A stretch of DNA of 32,000 nt, from contig CP060222.1 in the NCBI GenBank assembly GCA_023898425.1, positions 960,001 through 992,000 of the forward strand. Reading direction: 5' to 3'. Under the pieces are notes generated by a model. That model ran no database searches. It saw only the letters and a program-made list of their open reading frames with translations, and was not told the DNA's origin. The stretch's first letter is position 1; every line of letters begins with the position of its first letter. Positions 1 to 8,657 of this stretch are shown in pieces. Source of the DNA: Candidatus Saccharimonadota bacterium. GTDB lineage: Bacteria > Patescibacteriota > Patescibacteriia > 2-12-FULL-60-25. Made by a program: the position numbers and the translations under genes.

Positions 1-1
1 T

Positions 2-670
2 ACTGAGGGGACATTCCCGGTTGCCTTAGCGGGCCGCGTGCCAACCAAGGTGTCTACAATGAATGGCGCTATTGCTTCAGGTGATGCAATTATGGTGTCT
101 TCTATACCTGGTGTTGGAGTAAAAGCTACTAATGAAGGGATGATTGTAGGGTATGCGTTAGAATCATTCGAAAAAGGTGATATTGGGATGATTGAAGTCT
201 TTGTCCAACCAGGTTATTGGATGCCTGCGCAAAACAACGCGAAGAATCTTACTGCTGACGTAGCTACCCAATCAGGCGCGCAGCATCAAGGATTCGCTTT
301 TATTGAGATGGAAGGCACTTCGGTACATGTCTCATATCCGAGTATTCTTGCTTACCCTGTACCTCAGGTGACGGCCCTAACTCATGTAAAGGGAGATTGG
401 TGGTTAGATAAAATTACCGACGAAGGGTTTGATATTGTTCTTGAAACAAAGCAAGACGTAGATATTCGATTTGCCTGGCAGGTAAATCCAGCTCAAGTTG
501 GTACGCTTCAGTATCATTCTGATGGCACCTACGGTGAAATTGATCCGCTAACAGGTAAATTAATTGTGATTGAAGAGGATCCTATCGAAGAACCTGTAGA
601 TGATCCTGCAATAGACCAAATCGAAGAACCTATTGTACCAGAAGTCGTAGTTGAAGAGGTTGTTGAATAG
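2..670 (+). CDS. hypothetical protein, C-terminal part (5' end off-window) with an acidic E/P/V-rich tail
   Basis: The frame is open from nt 2 with no stop upstream of the Met at 38, so the ORF probably continues off the left edge. The sequence reads ...GDAIMVSSIPGVGVKATNEGMIVGYALESF... and ends in IEEDPIEEPVDDPAIDQIEEPIVPEVVVEEVVE. A terminator hairpin follows. No family recognised. Confidence 0.6.
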   Translation, partial: TEGTFPVALAGRVPTKVSTMNGAIASGDAIMVSSIPGVGVKATNEGMIVGYALESFEKGDIGMIEVFVQPGYWMPAQNNAKNLTADVATQSGAQHQGFAFIEMEGTSVHVSYPSILAYPVPQVTALTHVKGDWWLDKITDEGFDIVLETKQDVDIRFAWQVNPAQVGTLQYHSDGTYGEIDPLTGKLIVIEEDPIEEPVDDPAIDQIEEPIVPEVVVEEVVE

Positions 671-687
671 CGATATTGATCTTAATT

Positions 688-716
688 TAAAAAGCGCACA
701 ATATGCGCTTTTTAAA
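688..716 (+). terminator. rho-independent terminator
   Basis: Hairpin aaagcgc-acaatat-gcgcttt flanked by an A-run and a T-run, 20 nt after the stop at 670. Confidence 0.6.
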
Positions 717-833
717 TTGGCCTACGTATATGCTATACTCCACGCATTACTATAAACGCCCTTTTGGTATGTCCAATATTTTTTCTACTATCCAACCCTC
801 TCCTTCGGTCCAAACGCCTGAACCGGCAAAAAA

Positions 834-1175
834 ATGCCAGGTCTCGCGAAGTTTTTAAGTCGCTTTATTGACGGATGTTTGTACCTTTTGGTATTTGCGC
901 TTCCGCTTATTGCTTGCCAAAGATTTACGGACGCCATTGATTTTAGCAAACAAAGCGTTTTAATCCCGGTTGTTGCTTTTATGCTAGTCGCTTGGATCGC
1001 AAAGGTTGTTGCGGAGCGCAAACTCGTCTTAACACGTCATTGGATGCATGTTGTTGTTGGGTTGTATGGTATCGGGTATTTATTGTCCGCGGCGTTTTCA
1101 CAGGATAGAGCCCTCTCTCGTTTTTTGGAGCTCCGGGGCAGGTTGTTTGGTCGTTTGCAACCGTTATTTCGTTGA
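834..1175 (+). CDS. O-antigen ligase-like (Wzy_C-type) membrane protein with C-terminal TPR domain, fragment 1 of 3 (frameshifted)
   Basis: Hydrophobic N-terminal TM segments. The reading frame loses sense near nt 1116-1126, and the sensible continuation ...SLSFFGAPGQVVWSFATVISLIALYFVV is open in the next frame from nt 1109. Confidence 0.6.
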   Translation: MPGLAKFLSRFIDGCLYLLVFALPLIACQRFTDAIDFSKQSVLIPVVAFMLVAWIAKVVAERKLVLTRHWMHVVVGLYGIGYLLSAAFSQDRALSRFLELRGRLFGRLQPLFR

Positions 1176-2245
1176 TTGCTCTCTACTTTGTCGTTACACA
1201 TCAAGTACGTTCAACGCAAAAGCTTTATGATCTTCTCTTAGCTTATCTAGGAGGCTCTTTGTTTGTTGCTCTATTTGGGTTATTGCAGATTTTTGGCGTA
1301 CATCTCGTTGGTGGTGTTTTTCAAAACAATGGCATAAATACGGTCGGTACAGCATATTCGCTCGCCGCATATCTTGTTGTTCCGTTATTATTGTCCGCTG
1401 GACTCGCTTTTCATGGTTGCCGTAATAAAGTTTGTTTACTTGGTTCAAGTGGCACCGCAGGCAAAGTAGCAAGATTGATTGTATGGACGACGGGCATCGT
1501 ATCACTTGCATACATTCTATTGGTTGATTATTGGCTTACTTGGGCGATTATTTTGGTGGGTGCCATTACGATGGTCGTTATTGCTTTTGCACGTACCAGA
1601 AAAGTAACAAGCCCTGTTAAGCTCGTGATCCCAGGATTGCTTATCCTTCTCTCTGTTGTACTCCTTGCCTTTAAAGTACCTGTTTCATTAAATGTCGCTA
1701 GCGAAGTATCACCTTCGGCAACAGCATCTTATGCCATTGCAAAACAGGCTTTACGTGACAATGTTATCTTTGGCACAGGTCCTGGCACATGGATTTACGA
1801 TTATGCGAAATACCGTAATCAATTGGTAAACCTCTCGCCATTCTGGAATGTACGATTTGATCGTGGGTATTCTGCATTCATGACCTTGCTTGCTACAACA
1901 GGTATTGCTGGCATCTCGTTATGGCTTATTGTTATCTTGTCACTTGCAGTAAAAGCAGTCAGTAGGCTCTTTAAAAGAAAAAAAGATGATGATACGTGGT
2001 ATGCCTACCTTGTTACCTTTACCGGTATCGTCGCAATTGTCTTTACATCATTTTTTGCACACGTAGGCGTTTCTCATCTCTTTGTCTTCTGGTTATTGCT
2101 TGCGCTCCTTGTTTCTCTTGCTGCAAAAACACCATTACCTGGGAGAAAGAATCATCGGTACTATTCGGATTATTATCCGTTAAGCTTGTTATCATGGCTG
2201 TTATCGCTATTTCTGTCACATGGCTTATTGGTCAACGTGCATTAG
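1172..2245 (+). CDS. O-antigen ligase-like membrane protein, fragment 2 of 3 (polytopic core)
   Basis: Multiple TM helices plus the segment NVIFGTGPGTWIYDYAKYRNQ...FDRGYSAFMTLLATTGIAGISLWL, typical of Wzy_C/RfaL-type ligase loops. Sense is lost after ...LVSLAAK at about nt 2125. Confidence 0.7.
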   Translation: MIALYFVVTHQVRSTQKLYDLLLAYLGGSLFVALFGLLQIFGVHLVGGVFQNNGINTVGTAYSLAAYLVVPLLLSAGLAFHGCRNKVCLLGSSGTAGKVARLIVWTTGIVSLAYILLVDYWLTWAIILVGAITMVVIAFARTRKVTSPVKLVIPGLLILLSVVLLAFKVPVSLNVASEVSPSATASYAIAKQALRDNVIFGTGPGTWIYDYAKYRNQLVNLSPFWNVRFDRGYSAFMTLLATTGIAGISLWLIVILSLAVKAVSRLFKRKKDDDTWYAYLVTFTGIVAIVFTSFFAHVGVSHLFVFWLLLALLVSLAAKTPLPGRKNHRYYSDYYPLSLLSWLLSLFLSHGLLVNVH

Positions 2246-3237
2246 CAGAAATGCGTTTTACTAATGCTGTAAGTCAGTTTAGAACAAACGGCAATCTCGA
2301 TGAGGTGATGAACAAGATACAGTCAGCGAATGAGCTCAACCCACTTTCTGATGTGTATACACGTAATCTTGCACAGGCAAATCTTGTAAAAGCAGCAAGA
2401 CTTATCCAAACAAAGGCAACAGACGAAGATGCAAATAAGATCAACGCGGCTATCAAAGAAGCCGTTGACCAAGGCATCGAGGCGACAAAAGTAAATCCAC
2501 GCAATGTAGATAATTGGTCCAACCTTGGTTTGATGTATCAATCGGTCGCGAGCTTTGTCCGTGGAGCCGATGAGTATGCTATTAAATACTATAGCGAAGC
2601 CTCAAAACTCGAGCCTCAAAACCCAGTATTCCTCACAGAAATCGGTAAGCTCTATCTTTTGCGCGCGGATGCCTATCGTTCCGCTATCGGCACAGCTGAT
2701 GCAGCAAAAAAGGCAGAAGCGGAAAAAGGCGTCCAAGAAAACCTTGCTCTTTCAGAAGATTTCTTAAAGAAAGCGATAACAGCAAAGCCAGACTATCTTG
2801 CAGCTCGTTATCAGCTCGGTGTTGTTTATGAACGTCAAAATCGCGTAAAAGATGCCGTTGGCGAATTAGAAAAGGTCCTTGTCCTTAATAACAAAGACGT
2901 AGGTGTCGCCTTCGAATTATCCATTCTCTACTACCGTGATGGACGTAAGGATCAGAGTCGCGATCTTTTAGAAAAGATAGTCCAGTTTGCACCTGATAAT
3001 GCAAATGCACGATGGTATCTTGCAGCTCTTCAAGAAGAGCAGGGTCTCTACGAAAAAGCTCTTGCAACCCTTAAGCCAGTACAAGATCTTTATCCAGATA
3101 GCGATGCGGTAAAACAACGCGTCAATAGCATCTCAGCTGCAAAAGCAGCGCAAGAAGCTCCAAAGCCACAAGCGCTTCCTGAGCCAATTCAAGAATCTAT
3201 TCAAACACAAAGCCCTTCTACACCCGTGCAACCATAA
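2125..3237 (+). CDS. O-antigen ligase-like protein, fragment 3 of 3 (last TM helix plus TPR repeats)
   Basis: TM helix VLFGLLSVKLVIMAVIAISVTWLIG is followed by several TPR-like repeats (e.g. AARYQLGVVYERQNRVKDAVGELEKVLVLNNKD, ARWYLAALQEEQGLYEKALATL). The first in-frame ATG is at 2194. Confidence 0.7.
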   Translation, partial: KNTITWEKESSVLFGLLSVKLVIMAVIAISVTWLIGQRALAEMRFTNAVSQFRTNGNLDEVMNKIQSANELNPLSDVYTRNLAQANLVKAARLIQTKATDEDANKINAAIKEAVDQGIEATKVNPRNVDNWSNLGLMYQSVASFVRGADEYAIKYYSEASKLEPQNPVFLTEIGKLYLLRADAYRSAIGTADAAKKAEAEKGVQENLALSEDFLKKAITAKPDYLAARYQLGVVYERQNRVKDAVGELEKVLVLNNKDVGVAFELSILYYRDGRKDQSRDLLEKIVQFAPDNANARWYLAALQEEQGLYEKALATLKPVQDLYPDSDAVKQRVNSISAAKAAQEAPKPQALPEPIQESIQTQSPSTPVQP

Positions 3238-3241
3238 TCTT

Positions 3242-4027
3242 ATGCCTAGCTTACGACGTATCTTTTCTCAACTCTTTGAGAAAATTGGAGACTATCTCTC
3301 TGATGATACGTCGTATGGTTTAGGCATGTCAGAAGAATATGCTGCTACAGCAAAAGATGCGCGCGCAAGGCTTCTCGCAGAAACGAAAGCCTTACGTGCG
3401 CATTTTCGTGAAACGTTAAAAGCATATGACCAGTCTTTGGCAGAAGTTCAAAAGTCACTCGAATCCGATAAAGATCAGGCATTATTGTCAAAAGCTTCTT
3501 CTATTACCCAAGATCTAAGGTCTACAAGAAAGGCGTTGTACCGCGCATTACTCGCAAGACAGGATAAACAGGCTCTCGTAACCGAGTTAAATGAATGGAA
3601 GCAGCATCAAGCGATGTCTCATGGCGCAAAAAGTGAAATCCGTCATGAGCGTATGGAGATGCTTGAAAGCGAATTACGAACACGTCAGGTGTATAAAGAC
3701 GCAGAGACTCTCCCAGAGCGTAACGTAAATCAATCTGAGGATGATGATGTGAACACTCCAGCCCCTATAGAGATAGCGGTCACTGAGACAGAGGTTGTGC
3801 AAAGACTCCCGGTTATTGAACTATGGAGATCACTACAACCAACAACACAAGATATCGAGAAATCTTGGTTAATAGTATTAAAAAAAGCAATGCATCCTGC
3901 ACTAGATCCAAAAGCATCACTTGCATTAATGAAATCATTCAAGCAAGCACAGGGCGCGATGAAGCAATCAGATAAAAGAAACAATGTTAAAAGAGATAGA
4001 ATCGCGCTTTTTGAAGAAGTACGTTAA
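3242..4027 (+). CDS. hypothetical coiled-coil protein with a possible C-terminal J-like motif
   Basis: 261-aa ORF starting 5 nt after the previous stop, charged and helical in composition. The C-terminus DIEKSWLIVLKKAMHPALDPKASLALMKSFKQ loosely resembles J-domain helices II-III, with HPA in place of HPD. Confidence 0.55.
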   Translation: MPSLRRIFSQLFEKIGDYLSDDTSYGLGMSEEYAATAKDARARLLAETKALRAHFRETLKAYDQSLAEVQKSLESDKDQALLSKASSITQDLRSTRKALYRALLARQDKQALVTELNEWKQHQAMSHGAKSEIRHERMEMLESELRTRQVYKDAETLPERNVNQSEDDDVNTPAPIEIAVTETEVVQRLPVIELWRSLQPTTQDIEKSWLIVLKKAMHPALDPKASLALMKSFKQAQGAMKQSDKRNNVKRDRIALFEEVR

Positions 4028-4030
4028 ACA

Positions 4031-4055
4031 AAAAACCACCAAATGGTGGTTTTTT
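4031..4055. terminator. bidirectional rho-independent terminator
   Basis: aaaaaccacc-aaa-tggtggttttt lies between the convergent 3242..4027 CDS and the tRNA. Confidence 0.7.
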
Positions 4056-4058
4056 GTA

Positions 4059-4134
4059 TGGTGGACCCTAGCGGGTTCGAACCGCTGACCTCTTCCATGC
4101 CATGGAAGCGCTCTACCAGCTGAGCTAAGGGCCC
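4059..4134 (-). tRNA. tRNA-Ala (anticodon GGC), CCA encoded
   Basis: The reverse complement folds as a 76-nt cloverleaf. Acceptor stem is GGGCCCT/AGGGTCC with the G3:U70 alanine identity pair. D arm is GCTC/GAGC. Anticodon arm is CTTCC-ATGGCAT-GGAAG. T arm is AGCGG-TTCGAAC-CCGCT. The 3' end is ACCA. Confidence 0.95.
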
Positions 4135-4190
4135 GAGATTGTGCCGAAAGAATGCCATAGCACGATAAACGGGTCAATGAAGCAAAAGAA

Positions 4191-4218
4191 ATCCCCCTGG
4201 CTTTTTAGCGAGGGGGAT
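4191..4218 (-). terminator. rho-independent terminator of the 4241..5254 gene
   Basis: atccccct...agggggat hairpin followed on the minus strand by ttcttttgc. Confidence 0.55.
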
Positions 4219-4240
4219 ACTGATCATCTGATCGAGTAGA

Positions 4241-5254
4241 TCAGAAGCTGCGAAAGAGTGCTATACCGTTCGCGGGAGACCCGTCTTTTCGGATGAGCTC
4301 TTCAGACATGTAGCGAATCTTGCGATTGTCCTTTTTGAGGGTGCCAGCATGCTGAAGACTGAGTAGATCATAGAATGGCTTCATGATCAGGTCTGGTTTG
4401 TAGATCGGCGCTTCGAGCACGCGCAAGAAGAACGCGGCTATCTCTTGCGAAGTGCTGATCAGGTCGGCAAGCGCCTTTGCGCTTCTATCGTGATCGTCTT
4501 CGACGAGATAGGCGTTGATCGCGCGCTCCAGGGACAGTAAGGCCTCAAAGGCTATATGCGAGGAGGTTGAACCATCGTTGAAGAAAGCAAATGCCGTCTG
4601 TTGGCCCCGCATGATGTCACGTTGCCAACGAGCGCAACATGCATCACCGTCCACCAAGGGCAGTGGCTCGGTGTAACGAGCGATGAGCTCGTCAAAAGAT
4701 GAGGTTAAACCAGCTTTTTGCAAACGCGTAAAGCGTTGATGCTTTGACCAGTAGAAGGGGTGCCACGGTTCAGTCCGAGCGGTGTGAACCTTTTTGTAGG
4801 TATATCCACCGTAGATGTAGCCATCTAGGACATCTGACATTCCACGTAGCTCAGGTGGAGCATTTCGCTTGAGTTGTTGGTGCGAGAAGTTGCCAATCAA
4901 TTGGCGTTTGCCATCCTGTATACGATAGCGAAAGATGCCTCCTGTTGGCTGATGGCCACCGAGACCTTCATCTAATTGAGGCTTGTTCGTTAGCGCTTGC
5001 GACTGATAAACAAGTAACTCGCCATTGTCGTAGTAAGCCGCTGTCTCGAGGAGACGCTGCTTTTGTACATACTTTGGCAGCTTATTAAGCTTGTCGAGTA
5101 CGTATTGGTTTCTTGCTAGAACGTCATTGAGGTATGCGTTATAGAGCCCACATACCGCTTCTATGAGTTGCAATAAGATAAACCGTGTATCAGCAGGGTA
5201 CTGCGTTGGGCGTATCTCGACCTGCGTGTCTAGCGTTTTTGTTGCTGTTTGCAT
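4241..5254 (-). CDS. hypothetical protein (no recognisable family)
   Basis: 337-aa ORF with ATG at 5254 and a GGAG Shine-Dalgarno 8 nt upstream. It has its own terminator. A hand-counted stretch is more GC-rich than the neighbours. Confidence 0.7.
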   Translation of the reverse strand: MQTATKTLDTQVEIRPTQYPADTRFILLQLIEAVCGLYNAYLNDVLARNQYVLDKLNKLPKYVQKQRLLETAAYYDNGELLVYQSQALTNKPQLDEGLGGHQPTGGIFRYRIQDGKRQLIGNFSHQQLKRNAPPELRGMSDVLDGYIYGGYTYKKVHTARTEPWHPFYWSKHQRFTRLQKAGLTSSFDELIARYTEPLPLVDGDACCARWQRDIMRGQQTAFAFFNDGSTSSHIAFEALLSLERAINAYLVEDDHDRSAKALADLISTSQEIAAFFLRVLEAPIYKPDLIMKPFYDLLSLQHAGTLKKDNRKIRYMSEELIRKDGSPANGIALFRSF

Positions 5255-5352
5255 CTGACTTCTCCAGCTTTTGTTAAAGAACGAGCCTATGTATTAGCGC
5301 GGTTTTCTTTGGTTTGTCAAGAATCTGCTTTCTATGTTATTGATGAAACGCT

Positions 5353-6186
5353 ATGTACATCAATCACCCAGATAAGCTTGCTCGATTCCAGGCAATTATC
5401 CGACACGGAGACTGGAGCACCGTTCATGTTTTAGCAGATTTTGACGGCACGCTCACCAAGACACAAAAAGATGGAAAAAAACTACCATCCGCCATCTCAG
5501 TTCTACGCCAAGATGGTGATTATCTTGGAGAAGCCTATGCGTTAAGCGCTCAAGCGCTTTATGACAAGTACGCTCCTTTTGAATCTGACAAAACACGAAC
5601 GCTTGTTGAACGTAAAGCAAAGATGTTTGAGTGGTGGATGGCGCACTATGCGCTATTAGTAGAAAGCGGCATGAATCTCAAGCATCTTAACCAGATTTTA
5701 GATGCTGAGCTTCTCGAATTAAAGGAGTCATGCGGTGACCTTTTTGCGCTCTTTTCGCATCATAACGTCCCGATAATTATCCTTTCTGCCTCAGGTATTG
5801 GTGAGATCATTCCTTTGTTCTTGAAGCGAAAGAATGTCTACATGGATAATATTCATGTTATCTCGAATCGTATGGAGTTTGATAAAGAGGGAAACTTTAC
5901 AAAGATTATCCCACCAGTTGTTCACTCATTAAATAAAGATGAAGTGACGGTAACTCTCATTCCAGAGGTGGATAGAGCGATAACGAAGCGTAAAAACGTT
6001 TTGTTATTGGGTGATAGTCTCGGTGATCTCGGAATGATTACTGGTTTTGAAGCCGATTCTGTTCTCACCGTTGGTTTTACTAATGAAAGTGAACCCATCT
6101 CAGAGAGGTATGGTGCAATGAAAGAAAAATACGATGTCATTATCGAAGGAGATAGTGTCGCTCCATTGCTAACGCTCCTTGTTTAA
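5353..6186 (+). CDS. HAD-superfamily pyrimidine 5'-nucleotidase-like protein (UMPH-1/cN-III type)
   Basis: HAD motif I is LADFDGTLTK. The motif ILSASGIG and the C-terminal LLLGDSLGDLGM are typical of the UMPH-1 family. Confidence 0.6.
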   Translation: MYINHPDKLARFQAIIRHGDWSTVHVLADFDGTLTKTQKDGKKLPSAISVLRQDGDYLGEAYALSAQALYDKYAPFESDKTRTLVERKAKMFEWWMAHYALLVESGMNLKHLNQILDAELLELKESCGDLFALFSHHNVPIIILSASGIGEIIPLFLKRKNVYMDNIHVISNRMEFDKEGNFTKIIPPVVHSLNKDEVTVTLIPEVDRAITKRKNVLLLGDSLGDLGMITGFEADSVLTVGFTNESEPISERYGAMKEKYDVIIEGDSVAPLLTLLV

Positions 6187-6196
6187 CTCTTCTATA

Positions 6197-6219
6197 AAAC
6201 CTCCCTATTGGGAGGTTTT
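6197..6219 (+). terminator. rho-independent terminator
   Basis: aaacctccc-tatt-gggaggtttt, 11 nt after the stop at 6186. Confidence 0.7.
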
Positions 6220-6340
6220 ATTGCTTAATAAGCGCCAACTGTGTGTCAAAAAAGAAGCACTGCCATTAAGCCATAAGCTAGATTCGAAAAGCGTATTTTC
6301 TTGGAAATAGTGAGTTGTTATTCATAGCTATTTGATAGCA

Positions 6341-6369
6341 AAATCCTCTCTGAAAAGAGAGGATTTTTT
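6341..6369. terminator. hairpin terminator downstream of the M23 peptidase gene
   Basis: aaatcctctc-tgaaaa-gagaggattt with T/A runs on both sides, immediately after the minus-strand stop at 6371. Confidence 0.55.
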
Positions 6370-6370
6370 G

Positions 6371-7834
6371 TTACTTGGTGTATTTGAGTGGGTTTAAACG
6401 AATGCCGTTGAGGTATACCTCGTAGTGAAGGTGAGTACCTGTTGAGCGACCTGTTGTACCAACCATCGCGATCACCTCACCGCGCTTCACCTTTTGACCA
6501 ACCTTTACGAAGATCTTGGAGGCGTGAGCATAGCGGGTCTTAAAACCATTTGGATGCTCAATGATTATTTGCATACCGTAACCACCCGAGTTCCAGCCCG
6601 ATGTTGTCACAACACCGTCTTCGGAGGCATAAATTGGATCCGTATAGTCACCTTCGATATCAAGACCGGTATGATTCCAGCCATAGTATTGGTTGATTTG
6701 TCTTAAGCGTGTTGGCCAAAGGAGTTTGGTGGTTGGTGCATCTTCAACGATGTCTGCTGGTTTTGGACGAGAGTCATCCTTACCGGAGATCTCTTGGTAA
6801 ACGTCTACTGCTTTACCAGCAATACGTGAGATTGGAACATCTGCTTTGATGGATGTACCAGGTTGCTTAACAGCAACAGGTGTTGCAGAAGAAACCGGGG
6901 ATCCGCCTGGGATAATAAGCTCAGCGCCCACACTAAGTTGGTTGAGCTCAAGATTATTTGCTTTCGTGATCGCTTCTTCGTCCACTCCGTAAAGTTTCGC
7001 TACCTTAGAAAGCGTCTCGTTTTTCGCTACCTTGTGTAAGACACCAGACACTGGTGGGATGCGTAGCGTCATGCCCGGTTTAATAAGTGAGCGAACTGTA
7101 AGGTTGTTTGCCCAGAGAATGGTTCCGACATTTACGCCGTAGTCACGAGCAATAGAGCCGATAACATCGCCTTCTTTTACGACATAGTCTTCTGTTTTCG
7201 TGCGAGTGAGAGTAATAGCTTCGTGTCCTTCAAGTACTTCGTGCTCAGGCAAGACAGCAATCGAGCCCGGAACCGATGTGTCGGCAATTTCGCTATCACC
7301 ATAATCAAAATCAATAGCAGGCACGGCTTCAATAACACCAGCGTCGGCAAGATATTGGGTATTATTAACGGTATTGTCTGTATAGACACGTTCTTCAACG
7401 ATGGTGTCGCGACCATCCGTAACAAGGGTGTAGAGAAGGCTGCGTTGACCAGCATCTAAAGCGATAGCGCCTTTTGCTTGTAACTGACTATAAACAGAGA
7501 CCGCTGTAATTACGAGTAAAACAGCATGAAAAGCGTAACGATTGGTAAATACTGAAAAGAGAAAGCCTCTCGTTGTTACGCTGACTTTATTAATACGGAG
7601 ACGGATCGTCATGATAAGACGATAAAGCGGGCGAATCAGCCATTTACCCAAAAAACCGCCAATCTTAGCAAAAAATGGTCCTGTAGGGCGGATGATAGAT
7701 AAAAAAGCGCGGCGCACGGCATTAAGGCCACGGAGGGTGGCTAGGATGGCGCGCGTCGCGAGACGTATGAGTGGATTGGGGGTAGTAGACATACCGAGGT
7801 CTTGATACAGACGCGTTGAGATTGTTTTGAGCAA
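6371..7834 (-). CDS. LysM-domain M23 family metallopeptidase (membrane-anchored peptidoglycan hydrolase)
   Basis: N-terminal TM helix. Two LysM-like repeats (YVVKEGDVIGSIARDYGVNVGTILWANNL and HKVAKNETLSKVAKLYGVDEEAITKANNL). M23 signature HTGLDI...GYGMQIIIEHPNGFKTRYAHAS...GTTGRSTGTHLHYEV. The maximal ORF starts at TTG 7834; an alternative ATG is at 7792. Confidence 0.9.
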   Translation of the reverse strand: MLKTISTRLYQDLGMSTTPNPLIRLATRAILATLRGLNAVRRAFLSIIRPTGPFFAKIGGFLGKWLIRPLYRLIMTIRLRINKVSVTTRGFLFSVFTNRYAFHAVLLVITAVSVYSQLQAKGAIALDAGQRSLLYTLVTDGRDTIVEERVYTDNTVNNTQYLADAGVIEAVPAIDFDYGDSEIADTSVPGSIAVLPEHEVLEGHEAITLTRTKTEDYVVKEGDVIGSIARDYGVNVGTILWANNLTVRSLIKPGMTLRIPPVSGVLHKVAKNETLSKVAKLYGVDEEAITKANNLELNQLSVGAELIIPGGSPVSSATPVAVKQPGTSIKADVPISRIAGKAVDVYQEISGKDDSRPKPADIVEDAPTTKLLWPTRLRQINQYYGWNHTGLDIEGDYTDPIYASEDGVVTTSGWNSGGYGMQIIIEHPNGFKTRYAHASKIFVKVGQKVKRGEVIAMVGTTGRSTGTHLHYEVYLNGIRLNPLKYTK

Positions 7835-8170
7835 TCATCGGGCGCCTCTACTTCAGACAATCAAAGCGGTAAAAACACCAACTTTGAATTTAGGTCACAA
7901 GACGTTAGCAGATTTGGCATGCTAGGTCAATGAATATGTGTAATTTAATATTAGCATAAAAGAACGAAGAAAGACAGATGATTGAAAAAACAGATATAGA
8001 AAGAGCCCGCCGTTGAAATGATCTCAGGCGGGCTCAGGAAAGGGTTGTTAGTTTTGCTGGCCACTCCGCTTCACAGCGGTATTTTGTTGCCGTCTTGGTT
8101 CAAACAAAGTATCATAAATACTAAATAATGTCAAGAGGGTGGGTGACAATTACTCCTGCCCGACCACGTC

Positions 8171-8205
8171 CCTAATCATCCTTGTCCTTCTTTAGGAAAG
8201 AAGGA
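8171..8205 (+). repeat. hairpin repeat unit A (cctaatcatccttgtCCTTCTTTaggAAAGAAGGa)
   Basis: Contains the palindrome tccttcttt-agg-aaagaagga. It is the inverted counterpart of units B and C that flank the DUF559 gene. Confidence 0.7.
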
Positions 8206-8229
8206 ATTCTGATGGCCAGACCTCTGAAG

Positions 8230-8637
8230 TCAGTTGCCCTTCTTTCCTAAAGAAGGGGCAGGGGATGATTCGGGGTGAAGGTATGTCAGTAAATCTGCTC
8301 TCACCTTTTCAATGCAATGGAGGACTTGATCATTTGTATATCGTAGTACGGTTAATCCTAATTCGTTGAGATATCTTGTTCGGGCATTATCATAATCCGT
8401 GCTGTATTTGTGGATTTCCCCATCAATTTCAATCACAATCTTTTGCTTCGAACAATAAAAATCGGCGATGAATTGATGAATCGGCTTCTGCCTATTCCAA
8501 GTGTATTGATTAAAAGGGTGAGTTTTTAAAACAGACCTCCAAAAGACCCGTTCTGCAATCGTTTGTTCTTTTCTTAGCTCTTTAGATTTGTTGTACAAGT
8601 CTTTTCGATATTCAAATCGTGCTCCAAAGGTATTCAT
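8230..8637 (-). CDS. DUF559 domain protein (Vsr-like PD-(D/E)xK endonuclease fold), copy 1
   Basis: FIADFYCSKQKIVIEIDGEIHKYSTDYDNARTRYLNELGLTVLRYTNDQVL matches the DUF559 core seen in the other two copies (IVDFY...IEIDG..H......D..R...L...G..VLRFTN..V). Confidence 0.85.
   Translation of the reverse strand: MNTFGARFEYRKDLYNKSKELRKEQTIAERVFWRSVLKTHPFNQYTWNRQKPIHQFIADFYCSKQKIVIEIDGEIHKYSTDYDNARTRYLNELGLTVLRYTNDQVLHCIEKVRADLLTYLHPESSPAPSLGKKGN
8237..8274 (-). repeat. hairpin repeat unit B (CCCTTCTTTcctAAAGAAGGGgcaggggatgattcggg)
   Basis: 9-bp stem with a 3-nt loop. The reverse complement aligns with unit A with a few indels. It overlaps the last 11 codons of the DUF559 ORF. Confidence 0.7.
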
Positions 8638-8657
8638 ATGCTATTCAGATTCATTCA

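Noticed and set aside
8003-8035. Hairpin GAGCCCGCC-(15 nt)-GGCGGGCTC and the neighbouring CCGC-ttcaca-GCGG, considered as SRP/4.5S RNA.
   Set aside because: No GGAA-type tetraloop or AGCAGC symmetric-loop motif of SRP domain IV is present. It is more likely a weak minus-strand terminator between the DUF559 gene and the M23 peptidase promoter.
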